Of a stretch of DNA of 32,000 bases, positions 19,299 through 31,559 are shown in pieces. Origin of the DNA: Umezakia ovalisporum Ak1311. GTDB taxonomy: Bacteria; Cyanobacteriota; Cyanobacteriia; Cyanobacteriales; Nostocaceae. The position numbers were made by a program, and so were the translations under genes. The notes beneath the pieces were generated by a model. The model was not told the DNA's origin, made no database searches, and saw nothing but the letters and a program-made list of their open reading frames with translations. The DNA lies in NCBI RefSeq assembly GCF_029891685.1, contig NZ_JANQDJ010000081.1, forward strand, positions 1-32,000, read 5' to 3'. The stretch's first letter is position 1. Each line of letters begins with the position of its first letter.

Positions 19299-19952
19299 TC
19301 AATCTTGCCATGTGACTTTTACGAAATGTCCCTGTCTTCCCCAAGGGTCACGATTCACAGTAATACTTTCAATTGCTAAGTTAAAGGGAATAGCCGTGGT
19401 AAAGTAGCGCTGTGCTATGTAACCCAAATCAGGTGCGAGTTCTGCTGCTGTGGTAGCCGCCAGTCCTAAACCAATTAATTGCTCAATTGGTCGCAATGGT
19501 AGTAACAAATTGACACCCAGAGCCAGTCCAAATGTTAACAACATAGCCACCGATGCATTAGTACCGCATCGGGGATGTAAGGCTAAATCCCATTCACCAT
19601 TCACCAGACGATTTAAGCCCACTGTCACCGCCCGCCGCAAATCACTGATATTCACTTCACCATAAAGGTAAAATCCTTGTTCTGTGGACAAACCCCCTAA
19701 TAGTTCGTTATCTACCTGTAGTTTTGAACCTCTACCCCTGGGTGCATAGGCGTTGTTAGTTTCACTGAGAACCCAAACCGTAGCGTGTTCTAAGGCGTGA
19801 ACTTGTCGCAGCAAAATCATTTCTTTTAACCCTGGGATGAATGATAGCTGTTTAAGTAAATCAGCATCTCCTGTGGGTTGGGGTGCGGTAAAGTCAAAGT
19901 TGAAAAAATCAAAGGTAGATGAGCCGCCTGGAACAAAAGCAGAACTATTCAT
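19299..19952 (-). CDS. Conserved hypothetical membrane protein with HALEHAT and HPRCGTN motifs
   Basis: 217 aa with a hydrophobic C-terminal half. Two His/Cys-containing motifs suggest metal binding. The family is not confidently recognised. Confidence 0.5.
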   Translation of the reverse strand: MNSSAFVPGGSSTFDFFNFDFTAPQPTGDADLLKQLSFIPGLKEMILLRQVHALEHATVWVLSETNNAYAPRGRGSKLQVDNELLGGLSTEQGFYLYGEVNISDLRRAVTVGLNRLVNGEWDLALHPRCGTNASVAMLLTFGLALGVNLLLPLRPIEQLIGLGLAATTAAELAPDLGYIAQRYFTTAIPFNLAIESITVNRDPWGRQGHFVKVTWQD

Positions 19953-20145
19953 AAAAACACTGCTCTCCTAGCTGATGGAGGAACTTAGATTTTTTTTATC
20001 AATGTAACCTTTGGGGTTCGGGATTGTTGCTAATTTTTGTTGATGATTCTCAATGGGGACTAGTTGGTTTCAGATGCTAATCAGAATTTACGCTGGAGAT
20101 TCCTCTCAAAACAAAGATGTGAGCAAAACAAAAAGTTAGTCCACA

Positions 20146-20499
20146 TCAGCAAATGTTCTCATCGTTTTTGATGGGTAGAGAACAGCAATTAACTTCATCT
20201 AGGCAAATCTTACCCCACTGCAAAGCCCAACGCACGAGAGCCACTCGGTTTTCGGTTTGGGTTTTCGTGAGAATATTACTGATGTGGTTATCCACTGTGC
20301 GTTTGCTAATCTCTAGTTTGACCGCAATCTCTTGGTTAGTTAAGCCAGCGGCCACCAAGTCGATAATTTGCAGTTCTCTGTCTGAGAGACTAACCGGGGT
20401 CTGAGACTCGCCACCAGCCATAACTTTTTCCATTCTCCCTTGGTATATGTACTTATCCTCCTCTAATTCTAGAAGATTCTTTTGATGGGAGGGTTCCAA
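20146..20499 (-). CDS. LuxR/FixJ-type HTH transcriptional regulator (DNA-binding domain only)
   Basis: LSDRELQIIDLVAAGLTNQEIAVKLEISKRTVDNHISNILTKT is a canonical LuxR C-terminal HTH. The start is uncertain because in-frame Met codons also occur at MEKVMAGG. Confidence 0.75.
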   Translation of the reverse strand: MEPSHQKNLLELEEDKYIYQGRMEKVMAGGESQTPVSLSDRELQIIDLVAAGLTNQEIAVKLEISKRTVDNHISNILTKTQTENRVALVRWALQWGKICLDEVNCCSLPIKNDENIC

Positions 20500-20844
20500 G
20501 TTATGGCATTAATGCAATTGACTATATTTTCTTTAGATTTGGCAGGGATATCAATATACAGCTAACTTAGTAATTTGTCATACTTCTTATTAAAAAAATT
20601 AGCAATATTACATAAGTGCAAAAACTGTGACACCAGTAGCAAAAACTACTATTTTTTTGAACTGAAAACTGGCGACAAATAAGCCAAAACTGTTGTAGAT
20701 TTTATAACGAAAATGCCGAAATTTGCTCCATACTGAAAACTGCCACACATCAAAACAGCAAATTGCAGAATTTCCTTACCTTTAGCTCAGGGAGTGTCAA
20801 ACTAAAATTACTAAGTCAAAATTAACCGCAGCTTCTGAAATGAA

Positions 20845-21822
20845 ATGAGCAATCCCCGTGTTTTGTGCCTTGGTGAAATTTTGTTCGATTGTTTGGCTGA
20901 CCAATTGGGGCTAACCCTAGAAGAAGTAAAGTCTTGGACTCCTTACCCAGGGGGCGCTCCCGCTAATGTGGCCTGTGCTTTGGTAAAACTGGGAACCTCC
21001 GCAGGTTTTATTGGGGCTGTGGGCGAAGATGACCCAGGAAATCAACTAGTTAAGCTATTAGAAGAGGTGGGTGTAGATATCACAGGGGTGCAACGCCATT
21101 CCACAGCACCAACCAGGCAAGTTTATGTTGTACGCGATTTGGCAGGCGATCGCAGTTTTGCCGGATTTGGTGAGTATGACACCTCTGAATTTGCAGATAC
21201 CCGCTTACAAGGGCAAAAATTGCCAGAGTCGTTATTTGAAAACGCAGATTTTCTGGTTTTGGGTACTTTAGAATTAGCCTACCCTGAAAGTGAACAGGCA
21301 ATTCATCGCGCCTTAAAACTTGCAGAACAATACGACTTGAAGATTATTTTGGATGTGAACTGGCGACCTGTATTTTGGCAAGATTTAAACATCCCTCGGC
21401 AAAAAATCCTAGCATTACTTAAGCAAGTTGATTTTCTCAAACTTTCCCAGGAAGAAGCACAATGGCTATTTGATACCTCAGACCCCGGGGCAATTACTTA
21501 CCGTCTAGGCTCCATTGAGGGAGTACTGGTGACCAAGGGGGAACATGGTTGTACCTATTGTTTAGGTGAAAATGAAGGCCATTTACCTTCCTACGCAGTA
21601 AATGTTGTTGATACCACCGGTGCAGGAGATAGTTTTTTGGCAGGATTTATCCACCAGCTCATTGAACATGGTCTTCAAGGATTGCAAAATGCAACAACAG
21701 CTCAACGCATCGTTGCTTATGCTAACGCAGTTGGGGCCTTGACCACTATTAAACCAGGTGCCATAGCCTCCCAACCCACTGCTGCTGAAGTTCAAGCCTT
21801 TCTTGCTTCCCACAAAATTTAA
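20845..21822 (+). CDS. PfkB-family carbohydrate kinase (fructokinase-like)
   Basis: N-terminal LCLGEILFD...GGAPANVA and the PfkB signature DTTGAGDSFLAGF. Confidence 0.85.
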   Translation: MSNPRVLCLGEILFDCLADQLGLTLEEVKSWTPYPGGAPANVACALVKLGTSAGFIGAVGEDDPGNQLVKLLEEVGVDITGVQRHSTAPTRQVYVVRDLAGDRSFAGFGEYDTSEFADTRLQGQKLPESLFENADFLVLGTLELAYPESEQAIHRALKLAEQYDLKIILDVNWRPVFWQDLNIPRQKILALLKQVDFLKLSQEEAQWLFDTSDPGAITYRLGSIEGVLVTKGEHGCTYCLGENEGHLPSYAVNVVDTTGAGDSFLAGFIHQLIEHGLQGLQNATTAQRIVAYANAVGALTTIKPGAIASQPTAAEVQAFLASHKI

Positions 21823-21929
21823 CCATCACTTTGGGAACTGAAAGTTATCCACCGATGGTGTTATCATTAAACCCCCAGAACCTTCAGTTGGGGTAGTCTA
21901 GACATATCTACAAAAATACCATTATCATC

Positions 21930-21970
21930 CTCCTCAAGGCTCTCTAATTGGCTGTTGAGGAGTTTTTCTT
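21930..21970 (+). terminator. Rho-independent terminator candidate downstream of the fructokinase gene
   Basis: An 8-bp stem CTCCTCAA (21930-21937) pairs with TTGAGGAG (21955-21962) and is followed by TTTTTCTT. Confidence 0.6.
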
Positions 21971-22123
21971 ACCAAGAAACCACACCCAGTCCCCTAGCTT
22001 TAGACATGGGGATAAGTCCCTAACCACTTCAGTTTTTTCATCCAATTTAGCCATATTGTCATCGGTTATCATCCCCTGGGTATTTACTCATATTTTTTAC
22101 CCACACATATCCAGAAAATCTAT

Positions 22124-22870
22124 TTAAATTTTTAGTGCTGCTAAACCTAGATAGCGTATCCCCTCTGGGGAAATCCAAAAACGGCAAGGTAATACCTCTA
22201 AACCCAAAGCAATGGCATCTCGCAAGAGCTTACCATATATAGGATCTGTAATATCACCAGGGGAAAACTCAGTACAATCACCTCTGTTGATGAAATACAA
22301 CATTACAGCACGACTTTGGGGTAGTAGAGCTGTTAATTCTCGTAAATGCTTTTGTCCTCTTGTGGTTTCCGTGTCGGGAAATAATGCCACACTACCTTCA
22401 CACCAAGTTGTATTTTTTACTTCTAAATAAATTGAGGGTTCCCCATCGCCACCGGTTAAAAAAAAATCTACTCGACTTTTTTGGTCTTGTCCATAAACCA
22501 CTTCGCTTTTAACTTGGCTATAGTTTCCTAATTCAGGGAACAAGTATTTTGCTAAAGCTAATTTTACTATGCGATTGGGTAGAATAGTATTCACTCCCAC
22601 CCAAGTTGGCTGATTATCATGTACCTGAATCAATTCTAGGGTGTAAGCTAATTTCCGCTGGGAATTATCACTTTTGGAAACCTGTACTGCACTACCAACA
22701 GCAGATACTCCCGTCATTGGCCCTGTGTTGGGACAATGTGCTGTGACTACTTCGCCAGAGTCAAGTTGAATATCAACAAAAAACCGCTTGTAACGCTTTA
22801 ACAGTATTCCTGAATATAAAGGTGGATAGCGGTAAAGCCAGTCTGTAATTAATTGGTAATTCATACCCAT
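22124..22870 (-). CDS. sfsA: SfsA family protein (sugar fermentation stimulation protein homologue)
   Basis: The N-terminus ...GILLKRYKRFFVDIQLD.GE.VTAHCPNTGPMTG is typical of SfsA. Confidence 0.85.
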   Translation of the reverse strand: MGMNYQLITDWLYRYPPLYSGILLKRYKRFFVDIQLDSGEVVTAHCPNTGPMTGVSAVGSAVQVSKSDNSQRKLAYTLELIQVHDNQPTWVGVNTILPNRIVKLALAKYLFPELGNYSQVKSEVVYGQDQKSRVDFFLTGGDGEPSIYLEVKNTTWCEGSVALFPDTETTRGQKHLRELTALLPQSRAVMLYFINRGDCTEFSPGDITDPIYGKLLRDAIALGLEVLPCRFWISPEGIRYLGLAALKI

Positions 22871-22906
22871 TGATAGTGCGATGGCGTCAATAATTAATTT
22901 AAATTA

Positions 22907-22951
22907 GGAAGTGCATTACCCCACAAATTCATCCTGGGGTAACTAAGCACT
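22907..22951 (-). terminator. Extended hairpin immediately after the last cmr gene (possible operon terminator)
   Basis: TTACCCCA (22915-22922) pairs with TGGGGTAA (22934-22941), extended by an outer AAGTGC/GCACTT pair. No clean U-run follows, so this is a weak call. Confidence 0.35.
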
Positions 22952-22953
22952 TG

Positions 22954-24864
22954 TCAAAAGGGAAAAATTACTACCCTATTCTCCAGCATTTCTAAATACT
23001 TTTTCCGGGGATGTTCATTAGCACCAAATACCGTTACCACTTGGTATTTCTCTAAATCTGCAATCCATACAGGGGAAGGAATTACCTCCCGTCTAGTATT
23101 TCTATCGGGAAATGGATAATCTACCCTAACACCACCGCACAAGTTTTTAGCTTCAGTGTAATTTGGTCTTTCTAATTGGTGGAAATATTGATGTAAAATG
23201 TCTAGTGCATATCCCTTGTTACCATCATCTCTATTACTGACAACTATAATTTTACCATTAATATCTAAGGCCTCAAACCAGGTAAAAGAGTTAACTTTAC
23301 CACAGTTCTTTAATTGACGATGATTGAAATTAACCCCTAACCCTTGCAATCCTTGATAAAAAGCTTCTAGTCTTTGTCTAAATAATCTCTGAAATTCCTG
23401 GGGAGTGTTTGGTAGTTTCCAAAATCTATCCTCGGTATCTGGTATAAGGGTAGAACCACGTACATAAGGTCTTGTTTGGCCACGAGAATAACAAGGTCTT
23501 CTTGCACCTTGACCAACACCACCTAAATGAAACATTAACCAAGCTAGATTTTTAGCAAGTTTTTGGAGGTTATTTTTTTGGTTTTCTGGTATCTCCGGAG
23601 AATAGTTTAATGTTAAAGTACCCTCCTGTTCCCCCACAGGATCATTGTTACGTTGAGGTTCTCTTGTAGTTATCCTCCCTTCCAATACCCTCACCATTAA
23701 CCAACCATATTTTTTCTCAGGGGTAATTGTGCCAAAAATTTTACCTTCCCATTCCTGAACTTGTGTAGGGTCTAAAACTCCTAATGCAAAAGTTCTAAAC
23801 CAATAACGCAACATTGATTTAAAAGCTACAGGACGCACTTCCCCATGATTAATTGTATCCGGTCTTAAATTGTTATGGTTATTGATATAAGGTTGACGAA
23901 GATTCCTAAATTTTTGTCCACCGTGAATCAGTTGACCTTGTAAAATAAAATCAACTTGGAAAAATTCACTTTGAGGGGTAACTCTACCTGCGGGATTTAG
24001 TTGACCATAACCACTATTAACTTGAGAACCCACCCCACCCTGTAGTCCAGTAATTAACCAATGTTTGACCTTTTCTAAAATCCCATGATCTTCACAACCA
24101 CTAGCTAAACGTAATCCAATTATAAAGAAAGGTTTTTCTAAACTTAAAAATGGGTTGGGATTAGGACTATATTGTATTGAATTACCTTCCCACTTCCAAA
24201 TATTATTAGCCATGTCCACAGTTAATATATTTGCTGGCCCTTGGTTAGCCTCCGGATAAGCATCGAGAAATACAACTTTACCGGAGCGATGTTCAGGGTT
24301 TTCTCCCTCCAGAGAACCGAACCAAGGCGCAACTTGTTTTTCTGCATCTTTCCATTGAATTTGCTGTTGCGTCACAATTTCTCTAATAGCTTGGGTTCTA
24401 GCCACCCCCCGCAAAGTGCTAGAAGGAATGTATGGTAAACCCAATGCATCAAAAGCAGGTAACAAAATACTCTCTGGTCCCCGATGTCCACCTACTCTGA
24501 TCCGCCAAGGACACTGAACTTTAAAACTATTTTCGGCGATTAATTTTGTGCGCTCAGTCAGTTCTTTTAATCTTTCGCTGTAATTAGCCTGTTCGCAGGC
24601 CATTTGTAATATTTCTAATTTCGTAGAGTCTTTATACTCAGCCTCAGGCCATCGCATCCATCGCAGATATTCCACAAAACTGGCTCCTGAATCTGGTTTG
24701 GGTGGATTTTCTGGATTTATCCAAGGGGAAGGTACAGGAGGTTGGCCACCACCCCCACCACCACCTCGGTTTCCTCTATTACCTCCGTCACCATGAGAAT
24801 TATTTCTAGACTCATTGGTATTAGATTGACTTCCATTCCGTCGTCTAGGTCTTTCAAATGTCAT
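22954..24864 (-). CDS. cmr6: Type III-B RAMP protein, a Cmr6-like N-terminal half fused to a Cmr1-like C-terminal half, with a Gly/Arg/Asn-rich N-terminal tail
   Basis: First half: WRIRVGGHRGPES...LGLPYIPSSTLRGVAR, GKVVFLDAYP, and the G-rich loop GGVGSQVNSGYGQL. Second half: GEVRPVAFKSMLRYWFRTF and the G-loop HLGGVGQGARRP. The start is set at ATG 24864 (MTFERPRRR...), which has AAGGAG ~12 nt upstream and lies 5 nt after the cmr5 stop. Confidence 0.8.
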   Translation of the reverse strand: MTFERPRRRNGSQSNTNESRNNSHGDGGNRGNRGGGGGGGQPPVPSPWINPENPPKPDSGASFVEYLRWMRWPEAEYKDSTKLEILQMACEQANYSERLKELTERTKLIAENSFKVQCPWRIRVGGHRGPESILLPAFDALGLPYIPSSTLRGVARTQAIREIVTQQQIQWKDAEKQVAPWFGSLEGENPEHRSGKVVFLDAYPEANQGPANILTVDMANNIWKWEGNSIQYSPNPNPFLSLEKPFFIIGLRLASGCEDHGILEKVKHWLITGLQGGVGSQVNSGYGQLNPAGRVTPQSEFFQVDFILQGQLIHGGQKFRNLRQPYINNHNNLRPDTINHGEVRPVAFKSMLRYWFRTFALGVLDPTQVQEWEGKIFGTITPEKKYGWLMVRVLEGRITTREPQRNNDPVGEQEGTLTLNYSPEIPENQKNNLQKLAKNLAWLMFHLGGVGQGARRPCYSRGQTRPYVRGSTLIPDTEDRFWKLPNTPQEFQRLFRQRLEAFYQGLQGLGVNFNHRQLKNCGKVNSFTWFEALDINGKIIVVSNRDDGNKGYALDILHQYFHQLERPNYTEAKNLCGGVRVDYPFPDRNTRREVIPSPVWIADLEKYQVVTVFGANEHPRKKYLEMLENRVVIFPF

Positions 24865-24869
24865 TAATT

Positions 24870-25265
24870 TTAGTCTCCTTGAATATCTGAATAAATAGCA
24901 GTAGCCCAAAAACTAAATTCCTGTGCTAAAGCCAAACCTAATCCTGTTAACCCCAAATATTCATCTGTATCCAGATTTTTTAAAGTTGCTAAACCCTGGT
25001 CATTAGCTAAATTCGGTGTTCCTGAAAGTTCTTGTAAACATTCAAAAAATTTCTGCACAACCTGTTTTTTACCCATCATATTTTTGTCTAAAGCCTTTTC
25101 TTCAGCTTTGAGACGCATCATTCCCCAAGTAGAAAGGTAGGTATATAGTTCAACCGCTTGACTTTTTTGTTGCCTTAAACGAACCTCATCTTGATTGGGT
25201 AAAAAACGCAAATTATTTAAAGCATCATAAATTGGTGTGGCCATGGTTCTGGGGTCAAAGGTCAT
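24870..25265 (-). CDS. cmr5: Type III-B small subunit Cmr5
   Basis: A 131-aa helical protein at the canonical position between cmr4 and cmr6. The assignment rests on position and size. Confidence 0.7.
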   Translation of the reverse strand: MTFDPRTMATPIYDALNNLRFLPNQDEVRLRQQKSQAVELYTYLSTWGMMRLKAEEKALDKNMMGKKQVVQKFFECLQELSGTPNLANDQGLATLKNLDTDEYLGLTGLGLALAQEFSFWATAIYSDIQGD

Positions 25266-25302
25266 ATTTGTTTATTCCTATTTATTCCTAAGATTGTAAA
25301 TT

Positions 25303-26094
25303 CTACATCCATTGTTGGACAAAACCTCGCCCTAAACTTTCCTGTCCACCAATTTGCATAATTTTATTAGCGGCTAATAAATTTTGGAAATCGGTGTAAG
25401 ATTTTTCTGATGTTCCATTTGCTTGAGAGGTGATTCCCCAAGGTAAATACATTAATGTATCCGGGGGAATAGCTTCTTCGTAACGAAAACCACCGTCTAC
25501 GGATTTGTGTACATCCAACTTAATTTTTACTTGTCGCCACAAACTCATTTGAATTAATGTAGCGCAATGTTTGTCAGACAAAACTAACAAGCGATTTGTA
25601 AACCTGGTTATAGAATTGGTTGCTGATGATTGAGGGACAAACTCTTTCCATTTATCCCAATTTTGTAACCTATCAGCTTTGATAATGGCATCTTTGAGGT
25701 AAACAGCAGATCTACCATTAGTAAAATTACAACTATATTCCCCAGGTATAGTTAAATTATTGCCTTGTAATCGTTGCCATCGTTGTAATAACATAGGGCA
25801 ACTAACCCAAACTACACTGTGACTTAATGAAGGTACTGGTATCCACAATACAGAACCATCACCAATCCAAATATTACCTTGTTCTAATTTTCCATCTTTT
25901 AAATCAGTGCCAAATAATCGATATTGGGTATCTTTATCTGTGACACTTGCTCTGAGTCTACCGCGAACAGTACTAGAAGGAATATAAGGTAAATTAGTGT
26001 GAGATTCACGAGCAATTCCTAGTAAGTTTCCTTCTTGGGTGGTACCACCAGTATGTAATGGTGAAATTAAGTACAAGTAAATAGATGAAATCAT
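25303..26094 (-). CDS. cmr4: Type III-B backbone RAMP subunit Cmr4
   Basis: The N-terminus reads ...SPLHTGG......IARESHTNLPYIPSSTVRGRLR, and the C-terminal G-loop is GGQESLGRGF. GAGGAG lies upstream of the start. Confidence 0.85.
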   Translation of the reverse strand: MISSIYLYLISPLHTGGTTQEGNLLGIARESHTNLPYIPSSTVRGRLRASVTDKDTQYRLFGTDLKDGKLEQGNIWIGDGSVLWIPVPSLSHSVVWVSCPMLLQRWQRLQGNNLTIPGEYSCNFTNGRSAVYLKDAIIKADRLQNWDKWKEFVPQSSATNSITRFTNRLLVLSDKHCATLIQMSLWRQVKIKLDVHKSVDGGFRYEEAIPPDTLMYLPWGITSQANGTSEKSYTDFQNLLAANKIMQIGGQESLGRGFVQQWM

Positions 26095-26107
26095 GATTTC
26101 TCCTCAT

Positions 26108-30264
<4,157 letters not shown>

Positions 30265-30529
30265 CAGTAATATTTTTATGTATCCAATGTCGCCATTTTA
30301 AAACCTTAATTCAAGGTTTGTCTATTAACACCAGATATCTCAAATTTTTTTTTACCCAAGCTCAAATGATTTATACGTAAAGGTTTCAGGTATTTATTTA
30401 GAATCATCAACAATATTTTTTCTTCTTTGACATTTGTTACATTTTCTGAAACATTCCACTCATAAATCCTTACCCGGTTTCAACCCACCACCTAGGTTTC
30501 CTTTACCTTAACAAGTTCCCACTGGGGTA

Positions 30530-30639
30530 TTTTCCCCTTCAATTAATTTCTTTAGGAAGTAGGAATTAGTTCATTTTGACCCAGTTCATTTTGACCCAGT
30601 GAAGTTTCCATTGAACTAATATCCCTAGGAAGTAGGAAT
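30530..30639 (-). CRISPR. Two degenerate CRISPR repeats flanking a 37-nt pseudo-spacer (detached trailer end of the array)
   Basis: 30604-30639 GTTTCCATTGAACTAATATCCCTAGGAAGTAGGAAT has 5 mismatches to the consensus. 30530-30566 TTTTCCCCTTCAATTAATTTCTTTAGGAAGTAGGAAT has about 8 differences plus an indel. The spacer at 30567-30603 is a 15-nt tandem duplication. Confidence 0.8.
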
Positions 30640-30873
30640 TTAAGATGAATTAACTTTTAACAATTTCCCATGATGCCAAATGTGTTTGAAACAAAAGCTA
30701 TCACGGTAGGTATTCGGTGTAGAAATCAACCAGTTGAGTTTCTCCCCCAAAGGTAACCTAGGTGTTTATCTATTTCTATATCCTAGGGTAGATGACGAAA
30801 TTCTGTTGTACTCCTTAGTTGCTACAAAAAATCATGTCTATTATTATACCTTTGTCCGAATATTCAGAAAAGT

Positions 30874-31524
30874 ATGGCTAATTGTCCTAATTGTGGTTCT
30901 ACTCACATTCAACTCAACAAGGAAACTCAAGTCAATTGGGGACGAGCCGTTGCTGGTTGGGTTTTATTTGGGATTGTAGGTGGTGCAATAGGTGCAGTGA
31001 CAGGGGAGGCTAAAAATGCTAATGTTTGTATGGATTGCGGTACATCTTGGAAAGCTGAAGATATATATAAAATTCTAGAGGTTATTAAAAAGTTAGCTAA
31101 CATAAAACTAGATTTATCTGAGGAAAAACACCGTTCATTTCTGAATAAATTTATCACCACAATCGGTACTTATATAGAGGAAGTATCTGAAACTGAAAAG
31201 AAAGCAGAGGCATTTGTGACCAAAGCCAAACAAGAGGCGGAAAGTAAATATGTATTTGCATCTGGTTGTGGTTGCTTATTCTTAATATTTAGCATATTTA
31301 CTGCCTTATCGGCTGCCGATATTTCTGGTTTCGCTTTTATCCTGGGTTTATTAGTATTCATAATAGGTTGTTTGATTGATGCTAGTAGATCTAATGCTAA
31401 CAAAGAAAACATTAAGAAAGAAATAGAAATGGCAAAAGCAAAAGCAGAAGAAATGAATATTAACGCTCAAGAAAAACTGAAAGCAAAAGTCAGCCTTTTT
31501 GTGCAGAATAATCCTCTGAATTAA
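30874..31524 (+). CDS. Zinc-ribbon membrane protein (CxxC, hydrophobic segment, CxxC, coiled coil, two TM helices, Lys/Glu-rich coiled coil), function unknown
   Basis: 216-aa ORF. It has C4PNC7 and C52MDC55 flanking WGRAVAGWVLFGIVGGAIGAVTG. Two TM helices lie at about aa 135-180, and the tail is charged (KKEIEMAKAKAEEMNINAQEKLKAK). The ORF is long for this AT-rich sequence, but no homologue was recognised. Confidence 0.6.
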   Translation: MANCPNCGSTHIQLNKETQVNWGRAVAGWVLFGIVGGAIGAVTGEAKNANVCMDCGTSWKAEDIYKILEVIKKLANIKLDLSEEKHRSFLNKFITTIGTYIEEVSETEKKAEAFVTKAKQEAESKYVFASGCGCLFLIFSIFTALSAADISGFAFILGLLVFIIGCLIDASRSNANKENIKKEIEMAKAKAEEMNINAQEKLKAKVSLFVQNNPLN

Positions 31525-31559
31525 ATGACGAGTATAACCAAATATACTAAGGGGTCCTC

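Noticed and set aside
20570-20583. A perfect NtcA-type palindrome GTAN8TAC (GTAATTTGTCATAC) in the LuxR/fructokinase divergent region, plus reiterated AAAACTG motifs at 20620-20760
   Set aside because: GTAN8TAC is expected several times by chance in 32 kb of AT-rich DNA. I found no properly spaced (~22 nt) TAN3T -10 box on either strand. The AAAACTG repeats share only an 11-nt core.
22124-22870. sfsA, a nuclease-fold family, as a possible type III ancillary nuclease because it directly follows the cmr operon
   Set aside because: SfsA is a widely conserved housekeeping-type gene. It is separated from cmr6 by an extended hairpin and has its own start context. Nothing links it to CRISPR beyond adjacency.
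30497-30531. A possible third, highly degenerate repeat (GTTTCCTTTACCTTAACAAGTTCCCACTGGGGTAT)
   Set aside because: Only the first 6 nt and scattered positions match the consensus. It would also abut the next degenerate repeat with no spacer, so it is too weak to call.
30729-30745. A 13/17 match between the pseudo-spacer (CCAGTTCATTTTGACCC) and CCAGTTGAGTTTCTCCC in the putative 5' UTR of the 216-aa ORF, tempting as a crRNA-like target site
   Set aside because: Extending the alignment gives only ~18/31 matches. My rough estimate is that one such 13/17 hit is expected by chance across the nearby sequence and offsets examined.
30734-30979. An 81-aa ORF overlapping the start of the zinc-ribbon gene
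   Set aside because: It is out of frame with, and largely overlapped by, the longer and better-structured 216-aa ORF. Its non-ATG start and hydrophobic junk-like sequence also argue against it.
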